The position numbers and the translations under genes are program-made. This document shows, in pieces, positions 51,215 through 60,943 of a DNA stretch of 64,000 nt. The notes under the pieces are model-generated. The model was not told the DNA's origin. It made no database searches and saw only the letters and a list, made by a program, of their open reading frames with translations. Location of the stretch: NCBI GenBank assembly GCA_018238155.1, contig JABCTZ010000026.1:64001-128000 (forward strand), in the 5' to 3' direction. The number at the start of each line of letters is the position of its first letter. Position 1 is the stretch's first letter. The stretch is from Candidatus Heimdallarchaeota archaeon. Lineage in GTDB: Archaea > Asgardarchaeota > Heimdallarchaeia > JABLTI01.

Positions 51215-51898
51215 CTATTCACTTATAAAATACTGGAATAACTTTGAGTTCATTAATGAATAGAAAGATTGTTCTTTTCTAGCTTGAAAGATTAAATCAG
51301 AATTCAGTGTTAACGCTTTTTCTAAAGCGATTAATGCATCATTTACTAGGTAATTTTCAGAATAAACGAGTGCTAGTGTGTACCAAGAATCAGCTGAATC
51401 ATTATCTAGAGCAATAGATCTTTCGAGAGAAGTTATAGCCTCATCGTGTAATCCTAGATTATAATAGGACAGGGATAAATTGTGCCAACCAACTTCATTG
51501 TGTGGCTCTTTTTCGCAAATTAATTCAAAAGCTTCCAATGAATCCTCGTAATTTTCAAGTAAATAGGCGATTTCACCAAATTTTCCAACGAGTTCTAAAT
51601 TTGCTTTGGTAATTTTTTGTACTTTATCATAATAATGATAGGCTTGCTCTAATTCACCTAGAAGTTCATATGATTGAGCTATTCTAGCTAAAATTAGATG
51701 TTCCTCATCTCTTCCCTTCTTTTTCAATAATTTCTTCCAACAATGTATTGCTTCAAAATATTCTGCTTGTTTGAATAAGGCGTAGGCTAAGAAGTCTAAT
51801 AAATGAATTCTTTCAGGATGTTTCCTCAGAGCTTGCTTATAGAAAGCAATTTCTGTTTCTCCATCCGGTTGCTGTTTTTCAAGCCTTCCAAGGGTCAT
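51215..51898 (-). CDS. Tetratricopeptide repeat protein
   Basis: Repeats such as WHNLSLSYYNLGLHDEAITSLERSIAL and WYTLALVY. Confidence 0.88.
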   Translation of the reverse strand: MTLGRLEKQQPDGETEIAFYKQALRKHPERIHLLDFLAYALFKQAEYFEAIHCWKKLLKKKGRDEEHLILARIAQSYELLGELEQAYHYYDKVQKITKANLELVGKFGEIAYLLENYEDSLEAFELICEKEPHNEVGWHNLSLSYYNLGLHDEAITSLERSIALDNDSADSWYTLALVYSENYLVNDALIALEKALTLNSDLIFQARKEQSFYSLMNSKLFQYFISE

Positions 51899-52353
51899 GT
51901 GGCATCTATCCTGCTATGCCTTAGTGCCATAACCATTGAGAATAATTGAACTCCCGTTCTCTTGTTTCATGTTATATATGACATACGACCTATTTAAACA
52001 TAGTTTTATGTATGTTTTAATTTTAAGTCGAATTTTAATAAAAAAAAATGATTAACAATAATTGTAAATGTACTTTTATAGCGAATTTTTAGCTTTTTTG
52101 CGATTACAATGAAACATGTCTGTAGTCAATGCAAATTCTATCGTGAAGAAAATGGTAAACCTATTGTTAGATTACTGAAAAATTGGTTGCATATAATGTT
52201 CATATTTGTGATTTCAATTTTCAAGCTAAACTTGAAGAGTAATTCTAAACTTTTTTTTATTTCAATTATTTAATCAATACTACTTCTTTTACAGTAAAAG
52301 TACGAAAGCCATTAGAATTGATGTTGAATCCAATAGTCTTGTTGGGATAGCTA

Positions 52354-52983
52354 ATGATTCAATCACAAAGCAAAATGGACTATTATTCAAATTATACAGA
52401 CGTTCACCAGATTAGAAGCTGGATTCAAAATCAAAGTTTGCTAGTAAAAATTTGGTTGACAATATTCTTCGCAGGTTTAACAGGATTATTTTCACAGTTT
52501 AGAATTTACTTGCCTTGGACCCCTATACCTCTCACTTTACAAACTGTGGCAGTAGTTATTAGCGGTCTTGTTTTAGGCAAATATTTTGGACTCTTTTCAC
52601 AAATTTTGTATCTATTAATTGGTTTTCTAGGTGTACCTTGGTTTGCAAATCAACAAGGAGGTTATGAAATATTTCTAGGTCCAACTGCCGGTTATCTTAT
52701 TGGTTTTCTTTTTGCAAGTTTCCTCTCAGGATGGTTTTCTGAGAAATTATCAAAGAAGAAAACAAATCCACGACTATTTCTTGTGGTAATGTTACTGATC
52801 AATTTTATTGCCATTTATACTCCGGGATTAATTTACCTCTATCTTTGGTTTTCAATTGGAAACTCTATGATTATTTCATTGGTAAATCTATTTCTAATGG
52901 GATTCATACCATTCATAATCGGGGATATAATTAAAATAGCAATTATCACTATTGTTCACAGCAATATGTCAAATGATTGGTAG
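52354..52983 (+). CDS. bioY: Biotin transporter S-component
   Basis: PIPLTLQT, GVPWFA, GPTAGYLIGF, PFIIGDIIK. Confidence 0.92.
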   Translation: MIQSQSKMDYYSNYTDVHQIRSWIQNQSLLVKIWLTIFFAGLTGLFSQFRIYLPWTPIPLTLQTVAVVISGLVLGKYFGLFSQILYLLIGFLGVPWFANQQGGYEIFLGPTAGYLIGFLFASFLSGWFSEKLSKKKTNPRLFLVVMLLINFIAIYTPGLIYLYLWFSIGNSMIISLVNLFLMGFIPFIIGDIIKIAIITIVHSNMSNDW

Positions 52984-52996
52984 TGAGTAGTTAGCT

Positions 52997-53896
52997 ATGA
53001 ATGAAAATGTACAAATCAATCAACCATTTTTTGGTGCAACAACAGATAACATAAATTATGCAAATTTGTGTGTATTAGGCATTCCTTGGGATATTTCATC
53101 CTCATTTCGTAGAGGTGCAGCTCAAGGACCGGAATACATTCGTCATGCAACTACAGGTGCATTATATAATTCAATCACAGAAACAGATAGAGATCTTAAA
53201 CAAACATGGCAAATCTTCGATATTGGTGATGCACCAATTTCTGAAGCAAATGAAATGGATGCTCGGAAGAAAATACACAATATGATACAGAAATACAGCA
53301 AATATGGGATGAAATTCTTTTTCTTAGGAGGAGACCATCTATCTACTTACTTTACTTTTTGGTCATTAAAGAAAATAAAAGACCTAAGAATAGGACTGGT
53401 CTATCTAGATGCTCACCCGGACTTGTATGATCAATATGAAGGTAATCCATATTCTCATGCTTGTGTTGTAAAACGAATAATTGATGAAACAAATATAGAA
53501 CCTGAAACAATAACTCAAGTAGGCATTCGTTCATCCACTTTAGAGCAGAAACAATTTGCTGAACAAATGAAAATCAATACTGTTTCAATCAAAGATTTAC
53601 AAACAAATGGGGGTTTTGCTACTGCACAACAAATTAAAGCTCAATTACCTAGTTATCTTGACGGAGTGTATCTTTCTATTGATTTGGATATTTTAGACCC
53701 CGCTTTTGCTCCGGGTGTAGGCAATCCAGAACCAGGTGGAGCAACTACTCGAGAGATAATTGATTTCATTCATGGTTTACAAGGCACAAATATTTATGCA
53801 TTCGATGTTGTTGAGCTCTGTCCAAAATTCGATTATGCCGGGATATCTGCTTTAGCTGCTTCCAAAATAATTAAAGAAGTTTTAGGAATTCTCTAA
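52997..53896 (+). CDS. speB: Agmatinase (ureohydrolase family)
   Basis: GGDH, DAHPD, SIDLDILDPAFAPG, DVVE. Confidence 0.88.
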   Translation: MNENVQINQPFFGATTDNINYANLCVLGIPWDISSSFRRGAAQGPEYIRHATTGALYNSITETDRDLKQTWQIFDIGDAPISEANEMDARKKIHNMIQKYSKYGMKFFFLGGDHLSTYFTFWSLKKIKDLRIGLVYLDAHPDLYDQYEGNPYSHACVVKRIIDETNIEPETITQVGIRSSTLEQKQFAEQMKINTVSIKDLQTNGGFATAQQIKAQLPSYLDGVYLSIDLDILDPAFAPGVGNPEPGGATTREIIDFIHGLQGTNIYAFDVVELCPKFDYAGISALAASKIIKEVLGIL

Positions 53897-53926
53897 TGTT
53901 TTCCTTTAACATCTTCAATTTCTGAA

Positions 53927-54748
53927 TTAAAGAAAAGAATTCATCTGGCGATCTTTTAGAACAGGAATAGCTGAACGAGCGTTATCCAATACTTCCGGAT
54001 GAAGTGTTGCAAAAACCATTTGTTCATGTTGACCTGCTCCGGCAATAATATTTCCAAGTGGATCAATAATCCTTGATGATCCTTTATAGTGGATCACTTT
54101 TGGCTCAACATCAACACCTAATCTATTTACAGCAATGTGATATGAAGTATTCTCAAGTGCTCTTGCTGCTGCAAGAAGATTGAAATGAAGTAATCTTGCA
54201 CTTGGCCAAGCTGCAACAGTAATAAGCACTTCTGCACCTTTTATAACCATACTTTTAGCAATTTCAGGGAATCGCAAATCATAGCAGATAGATAAACCAA
54301 CTTTGGCTTTACCATTGATTGTTACTGGGTCAGAGACAGCAGTTCCGGCTTGGAAATACTCTTTTTCATTTCCCCAGAGGTGTATTTTTTCATAAGAATA
54401 AATCATCCCTTTCGTTGGATGAAGAATAAAACCTACATTTTGAAATGTATTCTTCTTCTGATTTGTTATCAGAATCGAGCTAGCAATGTTAATATTGTAT
54501 TCTTCACAAATTTTCTCAAGGAATTTCAAAGTACTACTTGAATCAATCTCCTCAGCTAAATCCGAGAAATGACTATAAGCAAATCCGGTGCTAAATAATT
54601 CTGGTAAAACGACGAGATCTAATTCTGAATGGTAATTTCTTGCGATGCTATTTTTAACTCTCTGGAGATTCTCCTCTTTCTTAGCTGAAGAGATTTCCAT
54701 TTGATAGAGTGCAACATTGAGCTCTTTCATAGACTTTTCCTCATTCAT
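53927..54748 (-). CDS. Nitrilase-family carbon-nitrogen hydrolase (omega-amidase-like)
   Basis: LPE, YEKIHL and ICYDLRFPE triad motifs. Confidence 0.9.
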   Translation of the reverse strand: MNEEKSMKELNVALYQMEISSAKKEENLQRVKNSIARNYHSELDLVVLPELFSTGFAYSHFSDLAEEIDSSSTLKFLEKICEEYNINIASSILITNQKKNTFQNVGFILHPTKGMIYSYEKIHLWGNEKEYFQAGTAVSDPVTINGKAKVGLSICYDLRFPEIAKSMVIKGAEVLITVAAWPSARLLHFNLLAAARALENTSYHIAVNRLGVDVEPKVIHYKGSSRIIDPLGNIIAGAGQHEQMVFATLHPEVLDNARSAIPVLKDRQMNSFL

Positions 54749-55543
54749 TTAGATCTTCAATTTTAGACCAACGGGGCAATGATCGGAACCCGTAATTTCC
54801 GGCAAAATATATGCATCAACAATTCTATCCTTCAAATCCGCAGTTACAAAGAAATAATCCAAACGCCAACCAATATTCCTTTCTCGAGCATTTGTACGAA
54901 CAGACCACCATGAATACTGTTCTGGTTTATCTTTATGAATAAATCGGAAACTGTCAATGTACCCCATGTCAACTATTTTATCTAGCCATTCTCTTTCAAT
55001 GGGTAAAAAGCCAGATATTTTTTCATTTGACTTTGGTCTTGAAAGGTCAATAGGTTTATGAGCTGTGTTCACATCTCCACAGAAAACAACTGATTTTCCT
55101 TCAGCTCGCTTCTTTTCTGTGAAATCAAGAAAAGCATCATAGAAATCCATCTTGTATTTTAGTCTCTCATTATCCTTTTTCCCATTTGGAAAATAAACAT
55201 TACAAACTACAATATTGGAATGTTCTATTGTTACTATTCTTCCTTCTTTATCTAACCGTTCTACGCCAATTTTATGTTCTACGGTTGTTGGTTTTTCCTT
55301 TGAGTAAGTTACAACTCCACTATACCCTTTTCTCTCAGCAGAACTCCAATTGCTATGATAGCCCGGTGGATTGATCATTTCTTCAGTAACTTGTTCAGGA
55401 TGAGCTTTAGTTTCTTGAAGACAAAGGATATCTGGGGAATTTTTTTCTAACCATGAGAGAAAATTATCATCTTTATAGATTGTTTTCTTAGAGAGGGCTC
55501 TAATGCCATTAACATTCCACGAAAGTAGTTCCAATATTTTCAT
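54749..55543 (-). CDS. xth: Exodeoxyribonuclease III / AP endonuclease
   Basis: SWNVNGIR, LQETK, GDVNTAH, GWRLDY, SDHCP. Confidence 0.95.
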   Translation of the reverse strand: MKILELLSWNVNGIRALSKKTIYKDDNFLSWLEKNSPDILCLQETKAHPEQVTEEMINPPGYHSNWSSAERKGYSGVVTYSKEKPTTVEHKIGVERLDKEGRIVTIEHSNIVVCNVYFPNGKKDNERLKYKMDFYDAFLDFTEKKRAEGKSVVFCGDVNTAHKPIDLSRPKSNEKISGFLPIEREWLDKIVDMGYIDSFRFIHKDKPEQYSWWSVRTNARERNIGWRLDYFFVTADLKDRIVDAYILPEITGSDHCPVGLKLKI

Positions 55544-55692
55544 AAAAACACATCATAATCAATTTCTAATCTTCTCATTAATATAATTTTCAAATATAAA
55601 AATAAGATTGTGATTTTATTGTCGAGATTTATTATTAAATAACATTACATTATCTTTTTAAGCTATATTCTCTACCGTAAATTGGTGATTAT

Positions 55693-56058
55693 TTGACTAG
55701 AACTAAACATAGAAGAACTAGAAGATATCATAGCATTTATCAAATTGCAGAAGTCCTAGCTATTATAGCGGGAATTGCAGGTATCATTATTGCTGTTGTT
55801 GGATTATTTGGTAGTGCACTAGGCAGCTCCTGGCTTTGGGAAGGCAATTTTGGTTTCCTAAGTGGTGTTCTTAGTGCAATTTTGTCAATAGTATTTTCTG
55901 TATTAGTACTGATGATTGGTTTAGGAACGATATTCTGGGATATCCGAGGATTAGTAATTGGAATAGTAGTAATTATTCTATCATTATTTATTCCTGGTAT
56001 TGCTTTTATTCTTGGAATTGTCGCTGGTGTGCTATTTATTGTAGCGGATATTGCTTAA
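55693..56058 (+). CDS. Small hydrophobic membrane protein (about 4 TM)
   Basis: TTG start after GGTGA SD. Confidence 0.7.
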   Translation: MTRTKHRRTRRYHSIYQIAEVLAIIAGIAGIIIAVVGLFGSALGSSWLWEGNFGFLSGVLSAILSIVFSVLVLMIGLGTIFWDIRGLVIGIVVIILSLFIPGIAFILGIVAGVLFIVADIA

Positions 56059-56153
56059 CAATCTTTGAAAAAGATTTCTCTTTTTCAGAATCTTTTTCTT
56101 TTATCATTTTCTTTTTTGAAATTGATAATATATATAGCAAACTTTATTATAAA

Positions 56154-56169
56154 GTTTGGCTAACCTAAC
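56154..56169. promoter_or_regulatory. DtxR/IdeR-like operator upstream of feoB
   Basis: GTTTGG-CTAA-CCTAAC (one mismatch from a GTTAGG/CCTAAC palindrome) directly after TATA-like tttattataa. Confidence 0.65.
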
Positions 56170-56218
56170 ATTAGCACATATGTAACGTTCAAAGTCTTAA
56201 GGAGAAAAGTAGAATAAA

Positions 56219-58201
56219 ATGGCACGAATAGCTCTCATAGGAAATCCAAATGTAGGTAAAAGTGTAATTTTTAATGAGCTAACTGGATTACATCAAACTA
56301 TTGCCAATTTTCCTGGTTGTACTGTAGAAAAAAAAGAGGGGGAACTTTCACATGAAAATCAAATGATCGAAGTGATTGATTTACCGGGAATCTATTCCTT
56401 ATCACCCCATTCCATTGATGAACAAATATCTCGAGAGCATATTATTGAAGAAGATCCTGATTTAGTTGTCGTTGTTCTGGATGCATCTAACCTTGAACGA
56501 AATCTGTATCTTACAGTTCAGTTGATGGAATTGAACACCCACCTTCTTATTGTTCTCAACATGATGGATTTAGCTCGAGGAAAAGGCATAAATATAGATG
56601 TCGCTCGTTTATCAAAAAATCTTGGCATACCTATCGTTGAAACGGTTGCATCTAAAGGAATAGGACTTGATGAGCTTAAAAGGAAAATTTGTGAATGTAT
56701 TACTTCACCCAATCTAGCAAAACCATTAGTTTGGAATAAAAAAATAGGCGAAAATATAGCTAAAATTTTGGAATTAATTAACCCTTATACATCTAGAATA
56801 GAAAAAAAGTATACACTCGAGTGGGTAGCAACTTCATTACTTGAAGAAGATGATTATGTTTGGGAGCTGATAGAAAACATTGGTGTCTCAAAAGAGGAAT
56901 TAAAACCAAAAATAATGAAATTAATCGATGAAAATTTCGATGGAGATGCAATTGTACCATTAGTTGATGCAAGATATGAAATAGTTAACTCGTATATGAC
57001 CGATGTACAGCAAAAATACTCTGGACGAAGATGGGCACTTAGTGATATGCTCGATGAAGTCTTAACTAATAGATTTCTGGGTATTCCAATATTCTTAACA
57101 ATAATGTGGGGTGTATTTCAGATTACTTTTACTGTTGGTGAACCATTGGTAGGTTTAATTCAGTTGGGTTTTGATAAATTAGGTGTTCTTGTTTATTACA
57201 TTGCTAATTTAATGGATGGTGCGGCTGGGAATGGCATTAATCCCATTAGTGATTTCATTGTTGGAGCAGTAATAAATGGTGTAGGCGCAGTTCTTTCATT
57301 TCTACCATACATTGTGATACTTTTTATTGCAATGGCAATTTTAGAAGACACGGGTTATCTCTCTCGAGTTGCTTATTTAATGGATAAACCAATGAGCAGA
57401 ATAGGATTACAAGGGCAGTCCATTATTCCAATGCTTTTAGGTTTTGGTTGTAATGTACCAGCAATTATGGCTACTCGTGCAATACGAAACGATAAAGACA
57501 GGAAAACAACAATACTAGTGAACAGTTTTATGTCTTGTTCTGCAAGATTGCCGGTCTATATTTTCATTTCAGGAGCAATTTTTTCGAACTTTGCTGGAAT
57601 TGTGACTTTAGGTCTTTACGTTTTAGGTATACTTGTTGGAATACTATTTGCTTGGGTCTTTAGAAAAACACTTTTTAAAGGAGAGAAATCAGATTTAATT
57701 ATTGAACTTCAGCCTTTCACTAGTCCAACACCCAAGAGTGTTTTCATTAAAATGTGGAATCAGATTAAAGAGTTCTTAAAAAAAGCAAGCACAATTATTC
57801 TCGTATCACTCATAGTTATTTATCTTCTAAATCAAGCAGGTATTATGGAATATCTTGGACGATGGGTTTCAATGCTCTTTTGGTGGATGAAAACTAGTGA
57901 TGGTTCTGCAATTAGCTGGGAATATGGTGCAGCATTATTATCAGGCTTAGTTGCAAAGGAAGCCGTTATTGGTACTTTGGGTACTTTGGTAGATACGCCA
58001 AATGCTTTGGGCGTTGCTGCTGGTTTGGGATATCTAGTATTTCTAGCTCTCTATGTTCCCTGTATCGCTACTCTAGCTGTAATAAAACAAGAAACAAAAA
58101 GTTGGCGCTGGATGTTATTTTCACTTATGTTTACATCTATTGTAGCTTACGTTTTTTCAGCAATTTTCTATTTTATAGCTAGCGCAATTGGAGGAGTGTA
58201 G
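56219..58201 (+). CDS. feoB: Ferrous iron transporter B
   Basis: [24 protein letters not shown]; gate motifs GFGCNVPA and MSCSARL; YVPC. Confidence 0.96.
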   Translation: MARIALIGNPNVGKSVIFNELTGLHQTIANFPGCTVEKKEGELSHENQMIEVIDLPGIYSLSPHSIDEQISREHIIEEDPDLVVVVLDASNLERNLYLTVQLMELNTHLLIVLNMMDLARGKGINIDVARLSKNLGIPIVETVASKGIGLDELKRKICECITSPNLAKPLVWNKKIGENIAKILELINPYTSRIEKKYTLEWVATSLLEEDDYVWELIENIGVSKEELKPKIMKLIDENFDGDAIVPLVDARYEIVNSYMTDVQQKYSGRRWALSDMLDEVLTNRFLGIPIFLTIMWGVFQITFTVGEPLVGLIQLGFDKLGVLVYYIANLMDGAAGNGINPISDFIVGAVINGVGAVLSFLPYIVILFIAMAILEDTGYLSRVAYLMDKPMSRIGLQGQSIIPMLLGFGCNVPAIMATRAIRNDKDRKTTILVNSFMSCSARLPVYIFISGAIFSNFAGIVTLGLYVLGILVGILFAWVFRKTLFKGEKSDLIIELQPFTSPTPKSVFIKMWNQIKEFLKKASTIILVSLIVIYLLNQAGIMEYLGRWVSMLFWWMKTSDGSAISWEYGAALLSGLVAKEAVIGTLGTLVDTPNALGVAAGLGYLVFLALYVPCIATLAVIKQETKSWRWMLFSLMFTSIVAYVFSAIFYFIASAIGGV

Positions 58202-58212
58202 GAGGAAAAAAA

Positions 58213-59007
58213 ATGGTTGAAAATGAAATTAATGATGAAACAATAGTCAAAGAAATTCCTCCTTCGGAATTAGAGGTTCACCCTGAACTTACACATGAGA
58301 TTGTGAAAAAAGAACCTCGTTTATCAAAATTTATGAGAGATCACCGGAGACCACAAATTCCAGTAAGATATATTTGGTTGCTCAATCTGCCTATCGTTAC
58401 AAATGTTATTCTTGCATTCTCAATTATACTGGGATTACTATTTCTCTATTTCGGAGTGATGGGTGCACTAACAATTGTTGGGATGACTGAACAAAATGTT
58501 TGGGGGATTTATAGTACAATGTGGGTTTTTGGCTGGGAAGGAAGTGCTATTACAGGATTTGCACTTATAATTATAGGAGTGATTATGCTCTGGTCTGTGC
58601 CCTTTTATTTTCTAAAAAGCGTACAGAAAGCAGATTCATATCTTATAATTGGCTCGGGTTTGGGAGTACTATTTGCAATAATATATATTTTCATTATCCT
58701 TGCAGATCTCTTATCTTGGTTATTGGACATCCTTGCGACAAGTGTAGTGAATCCACCTGAAACTTATTTCTATTACCCGATAATGTTGGGTTTGATAGCT
58801 GCACCTATTTTCCGAGCATTATCAATTAGACATATTGTGTTACCTCCTTCCGAGAAACAACCCGAAGATTATAGTGTACAACATTATCGAAAGGAAATGA
58901 GAAATTGGAAATTTAATCAAAAAAGAAAACATCTTATAAAAGACCAACGAAAAGGATCCAATAAAGGAAGACATCGACATCACAAGAAGAGGAAAAGGTG
59001 GGAGTAA
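58213..59007 (+). CDS. Hypothetical 4-TM membrane protein inside the feo operon
   Basis: GGAGG SD, stop overlaps the next ATG, His/Lys/Arg-rich tail. Confidence 0.75.
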   Translation: MVENEINDETIVKEIPPSELEVHPELTHEIVKKEPRLSKFMRDHRRPQIPVRYIWLLNLPIVTNVILAFSIILGLLFLYFGVMGALTIVGMTEQNVWGIYSTMWVFGWEGSAITGFALIIIGVIMLWSVPFYFLKSVQKADSYLIIGSGLGVLFAIIYIFIILADLLSWLLDILATSVVNPPETYFYYPIMLGLIAAPIFRALSIRHIVLPPSEKQPEDYSVQHYRKEMRNWKFNQKRKHLIKDQRKGSNKGRHRHHKKRKRWE

Positions 59008-59264
59008 TGCTTTCAAAAGTACTAGACTATTTCAGAAAAGGTGGAGATGCAAATATCTCAACTATTTCAAGAAAATTAGACATCGAGAAAGGAACTATAG
59101 TTATGCTTCTTGATCAACTTGTTAAAAGAGGATATTTGGAAGAAATTACTCCAATTAACAAATTAACAGATAATTGCACTCCAACAAAATGTGCAGGATG
59201 TGCAAAAGAAGCTAATTGTGATCCTTTACTGATTACTAAATATAAACTAGTAAAAAAAAAATAG
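59007..59264 (+). CDS. feoC: FeoC-like winged-helix protein with Cys cluster
   Basis: ISRKL...LDQLVKRGY wHTH plus C-x4-C-x2-C-x5-C; downstream of feoB. Confidence 0.75.
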   Translation: MLSKVLDYFRKGGDANISTISRKLDIEKGTIVMLLDQLVKRGYLEEITPINKLTDNCTPTKCAGCAKEANCDPLLITKYKLVKKK

Positions 59265-59609
59265 ATAGATCTTAGCAATGATTTCTGAAATAATTTTGAT
59301 TTCTCATTGAAAATTTCTTTGAGTCAGAGCATTTGATTTGTATATTTTGTGTTAAATAAAAAGAGTATGTTAATCAACTTTCTAATAAAAAAATCTATTC
59401 AATAAAAATAGTCATTTTATTTTTATTCCATGACAAGTCATAGGTATGTAATTTGCTTGGGTACTAGTATTATTAAACAAAGGACAAGTGTTTTCGAGTC
59501 TCAAATTCAAGAAGGAATTAAGATTTTCGTGTTTCTAATATGATTAGATTTAAAAGATAAAAGAAAGAATTATCTGTAAATGGGATTAATTCTTAGAGAA
59601 GTGATACTA

Positions 59610-60864
59610 GTGAAAGATGAAGTAAAAAATCAACTGAAAAAATAGAGATAGTGAAATTATTGAATACCAAGGTACTCCTATAATTCGACGAGATGGTGAA
59701 TTTCTAACGAAACTCGAATCTGTGATAAAGGAACCAATACCTGTTCTTTCTAATTCAATTGTTAAAAATATTTACACCTGTGGAGTTTTTATACAAGAAA
59801 ACCAGATCAAACAGCTCTTTTTAACTGCTAAAAGAAAGATAACTTCTCTTCCAGATTCAATAGGAAATCTAAAATCACTTGAAATATTGGGTCTTTGCAA
59901 CAATAAATTAACTTCTCTTCCAGAGACAATAGGAAACTTAACTGCACTCACAAAGCTATTCTTATATGGTAATCAATTAGATGTGCTCCCAGAGACAATA
60001 GGAAATCTAGCTGCTCTTGAATTTCTGTTTCTCTTAGAGAATAAATTGACTGCACTCCCAGAGACAATAGGTAACCTATTAGCACTCAAAAAACTAGATT
60101 TACGCAGGAATAAATTAACTACATTCCCAAAGAAAATAGTAAATCTAAAATCACTTTTAATACTATATATTTCAAATAATCAAATCAAAACTCTTCCCAA
60201 AACAATAGGAAACCTAGCTGATCTCAAAGAGCTAAACATTTCATCTAATCAAATATCAACTCTTCCTGACACAATAGGTGATTTAACAAAACTTGAAGAA
60301 CTAGATCTAGGTTATAATAAATTTAGCTCTCTCCCAGAGAGCTTTGGTAACCTATCACTTACAAATCTAAATCTGCAAAGCTTAAAATTAACTTCACTCC
60401 CGGAGACAATAGGAAAGCTAACAGAACTTAGAGAACTAAATTTATATAATAACCGATTGACCTCTCTTCCTGAGACAATAGGAAACCTCACAGCATTTGA
60501 AATTCTGAACATTTCAAATAATAAATTAACTTCTCTCCCTGAAACAATAGGATCCTTAACAGCTCTCAAAGAACTAAATTTAGAAAAGAATGAAATAACT
60601 TTTCTCCCCGAAGGAATTGGGAAATTATCTGCACTCAAAAAACTAATTTTACGCAATAATAAATTAGCTTCTCTTCCTGAGACAATGGGAAATCTATCTG
60701 CACTCACTTTTCTAGATTTACAAAGTAATCAATTAACCTCTCTTCCTGAGACAATGGGTAAACTATCTGCACTTAAAACGCTACAAATATACAATAATCA
60801 AATAACAGATCTTCCCGAGTCAATAAAAAACCTAAAGCTACCATCACTTAGCAAATATTCATGA
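59610..60864 (+). CDS. Leucine-rich repeat protein (23-aa LRRs); apparent +1 frameshift in an A6 run near the 5' end
   Basis: Many LTSLPETIGNL-type repeats; the long frame opens at 59638; GTG 59610 with a GAAGTGA SD joins it if 59637-59642 were A5. Confidence 0.85.
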
Positions 60865-60943
60865 AACAATGATGACTATCAAATTTCGTTAGTCATGAAT
60901 TTCATAAGATAACAAGAATCATTATCTTTGGTATCATTTAAGA

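Noticed and set aside
34929-51916. General pyrrolysine or amber recoding suggested by two in-frame TAGs
   Set aside because: TAG is the ordinary stop of many intact genes here (2179, 15956, 19616, 23846, 41016, 58201, 59264) and no pyl genes are in the window
59818-60840. Regularly spaced DNA repeats resembling a CRISPR array
   Set aside because: The 69-bp in-frame units encode LRRs; no cas genes and no unique spacers
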